64,000 nucleotides of DNA from an uncultured Ruficoccus sp. (GCA_965140785.1 OZ223473.1:1-64000), one strand, 5' to 3'; counted from the first letter of the stretch, positions 18,717 through 29,482 are shown. Notes: a model not told the origin generated them from the letters alone. Numbers and translations are program-made.

Positions 18717-21535
18717 CCTTCCTCTCTCCAGTCTGGCTTTACGTCATCCCCGCCGCCCTTTTGCTGCTGGGCTTCGTTTTCCATTTGGCCGCACGCGCCC
18801 GCCGAAAGCAGTTGGCCAAGTTCGCCGCCGACCGGTTGCTGGCCGGGCTCCTGCGCTCGTTCAGCCCCGCCCGCCGCCGCTTCAAGAACCTGCTGATCGC
18901 GGTTGGCGTAGGGCTCGTGCTGCTGGCGCTGGCCCGTCCGCAGTTCGGCTACACCTGGCGCGAGACGACCGCCCGCGGCATCGACGTGCTCTTCGTGCTC
19001 GACTCCTCCAAGAGCATGCTTGCCCAGGACATTCGCCCCAACCGACTGGAGCGGGCCAAGCTGGCCATCCTCGACTTTGTGGAAAAAATCCCCGGCGACC
19101 GCGTCGGGTTGGTCGCTTTCGCCGGTAACGCCTTCCTCCAGTGCCCCCTGACACTCGACTACGACGCCTTCGCCATGTCGCTGGAGGCGGTGGACACCAC
19201 GGTCATTTCCCACGGGGGCACGGACATCGCCCGCGCCCTGATCGAGGCCGAGCAAGCCTTTAGCGAGACCAACAACCACAAGGTCGTCGTGCTCATCACC
19301 GACGGCGAAGACCTTGAGGAGAGCGGACTGGAGCAGGCGCGCATGCTGGCCCAGCGGGGCATGACGATTTACACCGTCGGCGTCGGCACGACCGAGGGCG
19401 AGCTCATTCCGGTCGAGTCTGGCCGGGGGCAGGTCGAGTACTTGCGCGACAGCGACGGCCAGCCCGTTACCACCCGCCTCGACGAGGAAACTTTGAAGAA
19501 TATCGCCGAGGCAACGGGCGGATTTTACGTCCCCCTTGGCGTCGCCGGTTATGGGCTGGAGCAGGTTTACGAGGCGGGCCTGAAGTCGATCCCCGATCAG
19601 GACCTGGGCAGCCAGCGCCAGAAGATCGGACTCGAGCGCTTTCAGTGGCCGCTGGGGCTGGCGATTTTCCTGCTGGCCTGGGAGCCGCTGGTGGGCACGC
19701 GCCGCTTCTTTCTGCGTCGTCGTGCCAAGCAATCAACCGGAACCGGCCAAGCCGCCGCCGCGCTGGGGCTGCTGTTGACGGCGGGGTTGGTGTTGTTGCC
19801 CTCCCCTGTACAGGCGCAGGCAGGTGCACCGGGTGCACAGAGCCCATCCTCGGCCCAACTGGCAGCTCCGGCACAGGGCACCAACGATTCCGCTTCGGAG
19901 TCTGGGCAGGACGAGGCCTCTTCGCCGGAAGTGAACAACCTCCCTCCCCCGCCGGATGCGAATCCGGCCAAGCTGTATCGGTCTGGCAACTACGCGGCGG
20001 CAGCTCAGGTTTACGCCAAGGCGTTGGAGAACAACCCCGCCGACGCCGAGTCGAGCTATAACCTGGGCAACAGTCTGTATTCACAGGGTGAATACGCCGC
20101 CGCCCGCCAGGCTTACGAGCAGGCTCTCGGGGCGCTCGACCTGGAGCTGCAGGCGGATGCTTTCTATAATATGGGCAACGCCAGCTACCAGCTCGGCAAG
20201 GCCGCGCTGGCCGACTTGCCACCCGCGCAGGAGGTTCAGCAGGGTAATGAGGCCGCCTTTGCCCAGACCCAACAGGCCCTCGACACTGGCAACAACATCC
20301 TCAAACGCGCAGAGAGCAACCGCGTCCCCGCCTCACTGCGCAACGAGCAGACCCGGCAAGAAATGGTCCCGCAGCAGGAAATCCAACAGGCGATCCAGCA
20401 GGCCGAGCAAGCCAAGCAGGCCACTGCGGAGGCCCAGGAACAGAGCGAGGCGAGCGCCACGGCCGGAGACAGCAGCACGACTTTCTGGCAGCAGGCCCTG
20501 GACGAGTATAAAAGCTCGCTTGAGCTTGACCCCGAGAGCACGGACGCCGCGCACAACGAGCAGGTCGCCCAGCGCAAGCTCGCCCAGCAGCAGAACCGCA
20601 ACGCAGATTTTTCCGAGGCGGCCCAGCGGCACGCCGAAAATACCGAGGTGCTCGACATGCTGATTGATGAGCTGAAAAAGCTGCTCGAAGACCAACAGAA
20701 CCAGAACGATCAGAACCAGCAGAATCAGGATCAACAAAACCAGGACCAGCAACAGAACGACCAGAACCAGTCGCAGGATCAGCAACAACAGAATCAGAAC
20801 CAGCAGCAGCAAAACCAACAGAATAATCAGCAGTCCAACTCCGACTCCAGCCAGCAACAGAATCAGGAGCAGTCGCAGCAGAACCAGCAAAACAGCGGCC
20901 AGCAGGACCAGCAGAATTCCCAGAATCAAAACCAGGACCAACAATCCGGCCAGCAGGATCAACAGTCTGGGCAAGAGCAGCAGCCGAAAGACAACTCCGC
21001 CGACCAGCAGGAACAATCAGACAAAGGCGAGCAGAAGCAACCTGATGAGCAGGATTCCCAGCAGCAGGACGAAAGCTCATCCGGCGAAGACCAGTCCGAG
21101 CAAAAGCAGGACCAGGGTCAGGAAGATAAAGGAGAGGAGAACCAGGGCGAGCAGCCGGGTCAGGAACAGCAACAACCTCAACCCAACCAGTCCGGTCAGC
21201 AGGAGCAGTCCACCGAATCCCAACAGGATCAAGGCGGCCCCGGCGACCAGGGTTTAAACGAAGAACAGTTGAAGGAACTATCCGAGCAGATGGCCCGCGA
21301 ACAGGCCACCCAGGCCGAGCAGGCAGGCGACGAAAAAGCTTCCGCAGCCGCAGCAGCAGCGGCGGAAGAAGCCGCCGGCGAGGAAAAAGACGTGCGCCGG
21401 GTACCCGGCGTGATGACCCGCGAGGAGGCCCGCCGCCTGCTGGACGCTTTGAAAAAGGACGACAAAAAACTCCCCTCTCTCTACGTGCCGCGCCAATATA
21501 ACGTGGACGACGAGGGCAAACGCAAGGATTGGTAA
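18713..21535 (+). CDS. batB: BatB-BatC-like fusion: vWA + TPR + Gln/Asn-rich linker
   Basis: DSSKSM...PNRLERAK, CPLTLDY, LITDGED, TPRs (YNLGN, YNMGN), Q-rich region and the BatC-type ending EARRLLDAL...RKDW. Confidence 0.88.
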   Translation: MTFLSPVWLYVIPAALLLLGFVFHLAARARRKQLAKFAADRLLAGLLRSFSPARRRFKNLLIAVGVGLVLLALARPQFGYTWRETTARGIDVLFVLDSSKSMLAQDIRPNRLERAKLAILDFVEKIPGDRVGLVAFAGNAFLQCPLTLDYDAFAMSLEAVDTTVISHGGTDIARALIEAEQAFSETNNHKVVVLITDGEDLEESGLEQARMLAQRGMTIYTVGVGTTEGELIPVESGRGQVEYLRDSDGQPVTTRLDEETLKNIAEATGGFYVPLGVAGYGLEQVYEAGLKSIPDQDLGSQRQKIGLERFQWPLGLAIFLLAWEPLVGTRRFFLRRRAKQSTGTGQAAAALGLLLTAGLVLLPSPVQAQAGAPGAQSPSSAQLAAPAQGTNDSASESGQDEASSPEVNNLPPPPDANPAKLYRSGNYAAAAQVYAKALENNPADAESSYNLGNSLYSQGEYAAARQAYEQALGALDLELQADAFYNMGNASYQLGKAALADLPPAQEVQQGNEAAFAQTQQALDTGNNILKRAESNRVPASLRNEQTRQEMVPQQEIQQAIQQAEQAKQATAEAQEQSEASATAGDSSTTFWQQALDEYKSSLELDPESTDAAHNEQVAQRKLAQQQNRNADFSEAAQRHAENTEVLDMLIDELKKLLEDQQNQNDQNQQNQDQQNQDQQQNDQNQSQDQQQQNQNQQQQNQQNNQQSNSDSSQQQNQEQSQQNQQNSGQQDQQNSQNQNQDQQSGQQDQQSGQEQQPKDNSADQQEQSDKGEQKQPDEQDSQQQDESSSGEDQSEQKQDQGQEDKGEENQGEQPGQEQQQPQPNQSGQQEQSTESQQDQGGPGDQGLNEEQLKELSEQMAREQATQAEQAGDEKASAAAAAAAEEAAGEEKDVRRVPGVMTREEARRLLDALKKDDKKLPSLYVPRQYNVDDEGKRKDW
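20690..21240 (+). repeat. Low-complexity CAG/CAA/AAC-rich coding tract (Q/N/D/S-rich)
   Basis: Encodes DQQNQNDQNQQNQDQQNQDQQQ... Confidence 0.9.
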
Positions 21536-21544
21536 GAGAAGACC

Positions 21545-23368
21545 ATGCGCACACTGACAGCCATATTTGTTGGAATCCTCTTCGCCGGCACCCTGACCGC
21601 GCAGGAGGTCCGCGTCGAAAGTTCGTTTCAGCCCTCGATCATGCACGCGGGTGAGACTGGCGTGTATCGCTTTACCGTGAGCAAGCAGGAAAGTGGGCGC
21701 CATGTGATGGCCTTCCGCGGCTTCGATATCGACTTCAGCGCGATCAAGAGCGTGCCGGGCCTGCAGATGTCCTACCTCGGGCCCAGCCAGAATGTCAGCA
21801 TCATCAACTCCCAGACCATGGTCAGCGTCTCGCACCAGTTTCGTGTGAGCGCAACCAAAGAGGGCGAGTATACCCTGCCCGCCTTCCCTATCACCATCGA
21901 TGGCAAGAGCTACACCGTGCCCGAAGCCACGCTCAAGGTGCTGGCCGGCTCACCGGCGGCCAATGTCCAGGCCGGGCAGGCCCTTCAGATGGAGATGATC
22001 CTGCCGCGGGACAAGATCTTTGTCGGAGAATCCCTGCCCGTCCAAATCCGGCTCTATATCCAACGGGACATCCAAGTAGCCCACTTGGGGAGCGAAGTCC
22101 CGATCAAGATCGGCGATGCCTTCGCGGTGAGCGATTTTTCCGATCCGGTGCAGCGTCAGACCGAGCGCAACGGCGAAATCTACCTGGAGGTCATGTGGCA
22201 GGCCGTGGTCACGCCCTACAAGGCCGGGAGCTACCCGCTCGTTTTTCAGGAAGATGCCTACGCCTACGCGCCCGAGCCCTCCCGCCGGAGCCGTACCGGC
22301 GATCCGTTCTTCGACCGTTTCTTCAGCCGCATGGGCCAGAATAACCTGCAAAAGATTTCGCTCTACACCCAGCAGGACGACCTGACGGTGCTGGACCTGC
22401 CGCAGGAGGGCCGACCGGAGAACTTCAGCGGGGCGATCGGCCTTTTCCGCACCGGCGGTCGCCCGGAGGTCGATCCGGCCAAGGCGCAGGTGGGCGAGCC
22501 GATGACGCTGAGCTTCAGCATTGAGGGATCGGGTAACTTTGACCGCTTCGAGGCTCCCGACCCGGAGGATTCCACCGGGTGGCGCACCTACACGCCGGAG
22601 GAGGATTTCGCTCCGACGGACCGCTACCGCTACCAGGGCCGGATGACCTACAACTACGTCATCATCCCGCGTGACGAATCCGTGACCGAGACGCCCCGGA
22701 TCGCCTTCAACTATTTCAATCCTGACACGGAGAAATACGTCGAGCTCACCGTGCCCGCCCTGCCGGTCACGATCACCGCTCCACCCCCCGGCCAGCGTCC
22801 GAACATCCCGGTGGTCGGCTCGCAGAAACCTTCCTCGCCTGCTCTGGCGCGCCAGCCCGAGCTGCTGCCGATCAAGACCACCGTGACCGCCTGGGGGCAA
22901 TCCATGCGCCCGCTGTTGCTCTCGCCGTGGTTCCTGGGGGCGCAGGTCGTGCCGCTGGCCGCGCTGGTCGCGCTCGCCCTCACACGGCGTCGCCACAACC
23001 GCCTGCTGAACGATCCGCGCTATGCCCGGGAGGTCCGTGCCCGCAAGGCCTTAAAACCCCGGCTGGCTGCCGCCCACCGGGCTGCCTCCGCCGGGGACCA
23101 CGCGGTCTTTTATGCCGAGGCCCAGCGCGTCATCCAGGGAGCAGTCGGTCGGCTCGTTGACCAGACCTCGGAGGCGCTTTCGGCGGACGAGATCGACCAC
23201 GTGCTTGCTTCACGTAACGTCGCCCCGGCCACCCGCGAACAGGCGCAGGGCTTCCTCCATGCCGGTGACGGGCTCAAGTTCGGCGGCCTCCGACCTGCCG
23301 AGATTGATCTGCGCCAGGAGGTGGCCCGCCTGGAATCACTCAGCACCCAACTAATGAAACTCTCATGA
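21545..23368 (+). CDS. batD: BatD family protein
   Basis: Signal peptide, NVSIINSQ, GEYTLPAF, FSGAIG, GSGNF and a C-terminal TM segment. Confidence 0.85.
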   Translation: MRTLTAIFVGILFAGTLTAQEVRVESSFQPSIMHAGETGVYRFTVSKQESGRHVMAFRGFDIDFSAIKSVPGLQMSYLGPSQNVSIINSQTMVSVSHQFRVSATKEGEYTLPAFPITIDGKSYTVPEATLKVLAGSPAANVQAGQALQMEMILPRDKIFVGESLPVQIRLYIQRDIQVAHLGSEVPIKIGDAFAVSDFSDPVQRQTERNGEIYLEVMWQAVVTPYKAGSYPLVFQEDAYAYAPEPSRRSRTGDPFFDRFFSRMGQNNLQKISLYTQQDDLTVLDLPQEGRPENFSGAIGLFRTGGRPEVDPAKAQVGEPMTLSFSIEGSGNFDRFEAPDPEDSTGWRTYTPEEDFAPTDRYRYQGRMTYNYVIIPRDESVTETPRIAFNYFNPDTEKYVELTVPALPVTITAPPPGQRPNIPVVGSQKPSSPALARQPELLPIKTTVTAWGQSMRPLLLSPWFLGAQVVPLAALVALALTRRRHNRLLNDPRYAREVRARKALKPRLAAAHRAASAGDHAVFYAEAQRVIQGAVGRLVDQTSEALSADEIDHVLASRNVAPATREQAQGFLHAGDGLKFGGLRPAEIDLRQEVARLESLSTQLMKLS

Positions 23369-24111
23369 AACGTGTCCTGCTGATCCTTTTTCTCCTTCTG
23401 CCCGCGTTCGGCCTGCGGGCCGCGGATACCGCTTCGCTCGACGAGCGCTTCGCCGCTGCCAACCAGGCCTACACCGACGGCCAGTACGGGCAGGCCATCA
23501 CGGGCTACACCGCCCTGCTGGCGGAGAGCCCCTCCTCCTCCGTTTATTACAATCTCGGCAACGCGTATTTCCAAAGCGAGCAATACGGGCAGGCGATTTT
23601 GCAATACTCACGCTGCCTCGTGCTCAATCCCGAGAACGCCGACGCGCGGGCCAACCTCAAGCTCGCTCAGGACGCCGCCCAGGCCGATCCGCCCGAACGC
23701 ACCTGGTATGAGAACTACGCCGAGGCCGCCCCGGTCAATGCCTGGACCTGGCTGGCGGTTGTCGGGTTCTGGGGCGCGGCATTTCTCATCGTGTTGCCAC
23801 CGCTGTACGGATGGCGAAGCCCCTGGCGGGCGCTGCTGCTGGCGCTGGGCATCTGCGCACTCGGTGCGGGAGGTGTCGGCCTGACCGGCTACCACTTTAT
23901 GAGCAAGGAAGGAATCGTCCTGGCCGACGACGCTCCGCTCCAACTCGCTCCGACCTCGACCAGCCCGGCCAAGAGCTTCCTGCACGCCGGTCAGGCTGCC
24001 GACGTGAAACAGACCCACGGCGACTACGCCTATGTCGAGACGCCGACTGGTGAGCAGGGCTGGATCAGCGGAAAGGTTTTTGCCCCGATCTGGGATATGC
24101 GCCAGCCTTAG
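23365..24111 (+). CDS. batE: BatE-like TPR + SH3b protein
   Basis: F..AN.AY..GQY, YYNLGNAYF, NL..A, 2 TM segments and a GEQGWI SH3-like end. Confidence 0.85.
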   Translation: MKRVLLILFLLLPAFGLRAADTASLDERFAAANQAYTDGQYGQAITGYTALLAESPSSSVYYNLGNAYFQSEQYGQAILQYSRCLVLNPENADARANLKLAQDAAQADPPERTWYENYAEAAPVNAWTWLAVVGFWGAAFLIVLPPLYGWRSPWRALLLALGICALGAGGVGLTGYHFMSKEGIVLADDAPLQLAPTSTSPAKSFLHAGQAADVKQTHGDYAYVETPTGEQGWISGKVFAPIWDMRQP

Positions 24112-24276
24112 CCAAGCTTATTTGATAGATTACTAGGGTGTTTTGTTTAATCGGGCCAGTGACGATAGACTAGGCCTAATAGTAACTTTGCCTAATATTA
24201 CATATGAAATTATTTAATTACCCTAAGGTGTACAGCCTTGCTCGTGGGGTAATCGCCGCGTTTTTATAGCGGCGCT

Positions 24277-25381
24277 ATGCATACGAATAACGTTTCCACT
24301 CTTAAGTTCACGCCTCGCGCGTTCAGCCTGGTTGCGGCCACGGTTCTGGGTGCGGGAGTTTTACTGGCAGGGCCTGCTCTACAGGCGGCAATCACCCCCG
24401 AAGGCAACACGAACCCGGTTCCGGGCAATGCCTACTGGTCCGGCGGTGGCGATACTTCGACCTCGATCTATATCGGCGACACGGCAGACGGCTCGCTCTC
24501 GATCACGGATGGAAGCACCTTTACCTCCCACTACGCCTCCATCGGGCAGGATAACGGCGGTCAACGGTGAGGTCACCGTTTCCGGCGCTACCTGGAACAG
24601 CCAGATGATCGTAGTCGGTGCCCATGGGGTGGGCACCCTTAACCTCACCAACGGCGCCAAGGTGACAACTAACAATTATATGATCATTACCGGCTATGTG
24701 GACGGGGACGGGACCCTCAACATGGGCGTTTCCAGCCATGATACCATGGTTGAGGCCGCTCAGGACTTTAAAAATTATGGTACAGTGCAGCTTTTCGCCC
24801 TGGGGAACATTACCGCCGGTGTTTACGTTCCGGTGACGGCCGGGGATGAGCTCCAGTCCGGCACGACCAAGACCTGGGGCGGCATGGCCGATGCCAACCT
24901 GAACTTCACGGTGAGCGACTTCACCACCTACACCTCACCGCTGACCGCCGATCTGAGCAACATGCGTGTTTCCGCCGGAGGCGGTGAACTCGTCGTCGCC
25001 TTTGCCGACGACGCCGGCAACGGCACCCTCACACTCGAGCAGGTCATTGTCCCGCCCAGTTCGTACGACTACTACGAAGCTGTCGATGTCATCCTGGACG
25101 GCATGAGCAATGACGATGTCGTCCTCTCCTTTTACATGGGAGAAGGCTATGACGAGGAAACGATCCAGGCCTGGATACTGGTGGACGAGCAATGGGAGGA
25201 GATCGATATGGACGAAACGCTCTCCACTTACGAAGAGGAGTACCTCAACTTCATGGTGGACGGTAGCGGCACCTACGCGGTGACCGGAAACCTCGTGCCG
25301 GAGCCGGGTCACTACGCCGCCCTGGCCGGGCTGCTCGCCCTGACCGGCATCGCCATCCGCCGTCGCCGCGCCCGCGACTGA
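24277..25381 (+). CDS. PEP-CTERM sorting-domain protein, frameshift near 24557
   Basis: Signal peptide in ORF 24277..24570, beta-repeat YIGDTADGSLSITDG / VVGAHGVGTLNLTNGA, and VPEP-TM-RRRRARD in ORF 24332..25381. Confidence 0.85.
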
Positions 25382-25420
25382 GCGATTTCGCCACCGGAAA
25401 CTCCGCGCTGAATTTTTCAC

Positions 25421-25452
25421 CGGCCATTCCCTCGGGAGTGGCCGTTTTTTTT
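25421..25452 (+). terminator. Intrinsic terminator
   Basis: CGGCCATTCC-CTCG-GGAGTGGCCG followed by a T run. Confidence 0.75.
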
Positions 25453-25541
25453 GAAAGACCAAAAGGCCGCGGCGGGCAAAGACAGGCGGTACCTACGCGT
25501 CGAGCCAGACCGTTTTCAAACAGTTTTGATAAGGTAGGGGA

Positions 25542-25618
25542 TTTAACAGGAAGGCCGGAAAGAACGAAAAGAAAGGTTCATAGCCTCTACTCCCGCACTT
25601 CCCGGCCTTCCTGTTAAA
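25542..25618. repeat. REP-like element with 17-bp perfect terminal inverted repeats
   Basis: TTTAACAGGAAGGCCGG ... CCGGCCTTCCTGTTAAA between convergent genes. Confidence 0.8.
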
Positions 25619-25669
25619 AATAACCGTTCGAAAATTTTTTGATTTTATCACTTCTGTTTGAAGATGGTC

Positions 25670-27479
25670 TCAGACCTCTTCGCTCTCGTCTTCCTCGTCG
25701 GGCAGTCCGGCCTCCTCGACCAGAGCGTCCGGGACGGGTGCGGCAGCGGCGGGTTCCTCCGGTTCGGGCGGGAGCTTTTTCAAAAACTTCGGCGTGGCCC
25801 GCAAGCGCTCCTCCAGAAGTGCGAGCGTCTCGGAAGAGAGCTTCTCCCGCGCCGCCTCAAAGGGTTTGCTGCCGGGGAAAGCGATCTCGTCCCCCCTTCG
25901 TGGGCGGCGTGTAGTCCTCGCCCTCGTCGAAGCTGTACCCGCTTCCCTCGTCTGCGGAGGCGGCAGAGGCTTCCAGGACCTCCAGCGGCACGTCGTCATC
26001 AGGCAGGACGATCGGGGGTGATTTGACCGGCTTTTCCGGGGCCGCAGCAGCGGGCGAGGAAGATGTGTCGGGGGCTGATACTGGCGCTTCGGCCTGTAGG
26101 CGTGTGGCGGGAGCCTCGGCGGATTTCGCCGGTGGCACCTCGATGGGCGCTGGTGGCACCTCGATGGGCGCTGGGGCCGACTTGCGGGGAGCTACAGGCT
26201 TAGCCGGAGGTTCCGGGGCCGGGTCCGTGGTTGCACGGGCGGAAGCGGCAGCAGCGGACACGGTGGCTGGCGGGCGCGGGGAAACGGGATCGCGCTTGGC
26301 CGGTGCCGGTGCCTTGTGCTCAGGCGCGGGCGGTAGGCTTATTTTTTTTTGGCCGGCATCCTCGGGGAGGCCGGCTGCAAGCTGCGAAAGCTCTTTGATG
26401 AGCGAGTCGATCGCTCGGGATCGGCTCTGGTCGATAGCCCGGAGGAGCGCGACCTCGAAGTTGACCCGCTGGGACAGGCCCTGGCGCACGGTGTGCTCGG
26501 CGGCCTGGAGCGCGTCGAGCATCCGGGTCAGCGACTCGGCGGTGAGAGGCGTTCCGAGCATGTCGGTGTGCCCTCCCCCAGTGATCGCCTCCAGCAGCGC
26601 CTGGCGCACGATGCGCTGAATATCCAACAGCAGGCGGTACAGGTCGCGGCCTTCGCTGGCGAGGCGTTCGATGGTGGCGAAAAGCTCCTTGTGCGCACCG
26701 GCGGCCATGGCCTCGGTCAGCGCCTTCAGGTCGTCCTCGGAGGCGAGCCCGTAAACATCGAGCACGTTCTCGTCTGTGATCTTGTCCCCACAGAAAGAAA
26801 TGAGCTGGTCGAGGATGGACTGGGCGTCGCGCATGCCGCCGTCGGCCATGCGGGCGATGGTGGCCAGAGCGGACTCCGTGATGGCGATGGATTCGGCTTT
26901 GGCGATATCACCGAGCTTGGCGGAAATTTTCGCGTCCGGAATGGGCCGGAATTCGAAGCGCTGGCAGCGCGAGACGACGGTGGGCAGGACCTTGTGCGCC
27001 TCGGTGGTGGCGAAGATGAACTTCACGTGCGCGGGCGGCTCTTCCAGGGTTTTCAGGAGGGCATTCCAAGCCTGGTTGGAGAGCATGTGCACCTCGTCGA
27101 TGATGTAGATCTTATAGGTGCCCTGGGCCGGGGCATACTGGCACTCCTGGCGCAGGTCGCGGATCTGGTCCACTCCGTTGTTGGAGGCCCCGTCGATCTC
27201 GATCACGTCCATGCAGGAGCCATCCATGATGGCCTGGCTGATCGCAGTGGAGTCGTCCGGGGTGGCGCTGGGACCGCCCTCGGCGTTGAGGGCCTTGGCG
27301 AAGATACGGGCCGTGGTCGTCTTACCTGTGCCGCGGGGTCCGACAAAAAGATACGCATGGGCGATACGATTGGTATCGATGGCGTTCTTGAGCGTGCGCA
27401 CGATGTGCTCCTGGCCGACGAGTTCGTCGAACTGCTTGGGGCGCCAACGGCGGGCGATGACCTGGTAGGCTTCTGCCAT
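25670..27479 (-). CDS. dnaX: DNA polymerase III subunit gamma/tau; A9 run at 26342-26350; probable extra indel at G6 near 25891
   Basis: [47 protein letters not shown] and GGMRDA. The C-terminus appears to continue in ORF 25670..25999. Confidence 0.95.
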
Positions 27480-27621
27480 GTTTGGACAGCTTGCGGGGCC
27501 GGGGCCGGGGCTTCAACGAAGAAACGCCCGGCGGGGATTTTTTCATGCCTATCCCAAGGGGGAAAGCGGGCGGCGGAGCAGCTTTTTCTCCCGACAGAGC
27601 CCGAAATCCGGGCATAAAAAA

Positions 27622-27718
27622 GGCCAGGCACCCCCACGGCACACGCGAATCCTGACTACCGTTGCTTCCTTCCGGACCTGGCGGGATTCGCCGGTTCGTC
27701 GTTGCATGGGACCCGGCC
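27622..27718 (-). ncRNA. ffs: Signal recognition particle 4.5S RNA
   Basis: The minus strand contains GCCAGGTCCGGAAGGAAGCAACGGT (SRP domain IV, GGAA tetraloop). The ends GGCCGGG/CCTGGCC pair, a T run follows, and ffs-dnaX synteny is well known. Confidence 0.93.
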
Positions 27719-27739
27719 AAGTATCAATATTCGCTCACC

Positions 27740-27919
27740 ATGATCGTCACATCAACACCAAAGTGCCTTTTTCGTCTAAACGCCCTGCTTTTGCTCGTCG
27801 TCGCCGCCCTGCTCACCGGCTGCGAAACCACCAGCGAGACCGTCAGCGACGGGTTTGGGATGAAATTTACGGAAAAAAGCAACGGCTCCAGCAACGACGG
27901 TGTCGATATCGACGACTGA
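27740..27919 (+). CDS. Small lipoprotein, hypothetical
   Basis: Hydrophobic stretch plus lipobox LLTGC and an acidic tail of about 31 aa. Confidence 0.6.
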   Translation: MIVTSTPKCLFRLNALLLLVVAALLTGCETTSETVSDGFGMKFTEKSNGSSNDGVDIDD

Positions 27920-27940
27920 GGGCTCAAGGACAACGGCGGA

Positions 27941-28954
27941 TCAAGCTTGAGTGGCTTGGCCTGCCTGCTCCCGGTCCACCTTCTCCAGGTGCTCCCCGGC
28001 GGCCTTGAGCAGCAGTTCGCAGACCTCCTCCAGCGGGCGGTGCTGGTTAAAGCCTGCCGCCGGAGCGTGACCGCCACCCCCGAACTGCCTCGCCAGCCGG
28101 TCCAGGCGATATGCCCGGGTTTTGGCGCGGAGGCTGCCTTTGACCTGATTTTCAAACTCCTCGACCAGGATGCCAATGTCCACGCCGTCGAGGTCGCGTG
28201 CGTAGTCCACGAAGCCCTCGGCGTCCTCGTGCTCGGCCCCGGTCTCCTCAAAGTCTTTCTCCCGCAGCATGCCGATACAGATGCGCTCGTCGTGATAGAG
28301 ACGTAACGAGCCCAGGAAGCGGCGCAGGAGCTTGAGCTTGGCCAGCGGCTCCTGCTCGAACAACTCGCGGGCGACCGCGCCGGGCGAGGCCCCGCAGGCA
28401 CACAGCCGGGAGCACAGCTCGAAAACCTGCCCGGTAGTAGTGGGAAAACGGAACTGCCCGGTGTCGGTCGAGATGCCCACGTAGAGCGCCTGTGCCGTCA
28501 CCGGGTCGAGCGGCAGCCCATGATCGAAGAAAAGGCCCGCCAGCACCTCGGCGGTCGCGGCGGTGTGGGGTTCGACGAAGTTGTAGCGGGCGTATTGAGG
28601 ATTGGATACGTGGTGGTCGATGTTGGCCAGCGTGGCGGGAAACATCCCCTCCAGCAGCTTGCCTACCCGGATCGGGTCCGCGCAATCGACATTGAGCGTC
28701 ACGCACTCCCCCGGCGAAAAATCCTTCGCTTGGCACCAGGGCGTGTCCGCGATAAACCCCTGAAGCACCCGCGGCGGATCGTCGCGGTTGACGGCGATGG
28801 CGTCGATTCCGAGCGCGCAGAGCACCCGCGTCAGTGCTACCTGCGAGCCGATGCAGTCCCCGTCCGGCCGCAAGTGCCCCAGCACCGCGACCCGCTGGCC
28901 GCGCAGCGTTTCCAGCAGCTCTTTAAAAGATTCGGATTTATCGGGAAAATACAT
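27941..28954 (-). CDS. nrnA: DHH-family phosphoesterase (NrnA-like oligoribonuclease / pAp phosphatase)
   Basis: H.RPDGDC.GS, NIDHH, STDTGQF, KGSLR and FGGGGH..AAG; follows rbfA. Confidence 0.9.
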   Translation of the reverse strand: MYFPDKSESFKELLETLRGQRVAVLGHLRPDGDCIGSQVALTRVLCALGIDAIAVNRDDPPRVLQGFIADTPWCQAKDFSPGECVTLNVDCADPIRVGKLLEGMFPATLANIDHHVSNPQYARYNFVEPHTAATAEVLAGLFFDHGLPLDPVTAQALYVGISTDTGQFRFPTTTGQVFELCSRLCACGASPGAVARELFEQEPLAKLKLLRRFLGSLRLYHDERICIGMLREKDFEETGAEHEDAEGFVDYARDLDGVDIGILVEEFENQVKGSLRAKTRAYRLDRLARQFGGGGHAPAAGFNQHRPLEEVCELLLKAAGEHLEKVDREQAGQATQA

Positions 28955-29122
28955 CGCGCAGTGTCTTAACCGCAAACGCCGCCCAAAGACAGGAAAAACT
29001 CCGTACACTCCGGCTGGAGCAGCTTCGAAGGGTTAAGTAGCGACATAGACAGAAAAATTCGACCCTGCGTAGAGCGTTCCCCATGCCTTTGTTTCAGGCA
29101 AAGGCATCCAGATGCGAAGCAT

Positions 29123-29482
29123 CTAGGGTGAAGGACTTTGTCCTTCCTCGGCGTCGAGTTCGTCGAGGATCTGGAGAACAGAGGTGCCGCGGGCGATGGA
29201 GTCGTCGTGCTCGAAACGCAGGCGAGGCAGGTATTTTAGGACGATACGCTTGCCCAACTCCTGCCGGATGTCGCGGTGGCGGGCGGCGAAGAATTTCTCC
29301 GCCAGGTAGGCATTACCCTCGTCGCCAAGGATCGAGTAAAACACGCGGGCACCACGCAGGTCCGGCGAGACAACCACCTCGGTAATCGTGATGTTGACCG
29401 CATCGCTCTGATAGCGCGTGTGCAGGATGTCGCTGACCTCGCGCTTAACGAGCTCGTTGACGCGTGTACCTCGGTTAGACAT
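29123..29482 (-). CDS. rbfA: Ribosome-binding factor A
   Basis: RVNELVKRE, ITEVVVSPDL and LKYLPRLRF..D.S; downstream of infB. Confidence 0.96.
   Translation of the reverse strand: MSNRGTRVNELVKREVSDILHTRYQSDAVNITITEVVVSPDLRGARVFYSILGDEGNAYLAEKFFAARHRDIRQELGKRIVLKYLPRLRFEHDDSIARGTSVLQILDELDAEEGQSPSP

Noticed and set aside
20690..21240. Possible CRISPR or tandem DNA array
   Set aside because: There is no constant repeat-spacer structure; it is in-frame Gln/Asn-rich coding sequence.
26131..26172. 21-bp tandem duplication in dnaX (APIEVPP x2)
   Set aside because: It is an in-frame duplication in a disordered Pro/Ala linker, which is ordinary.
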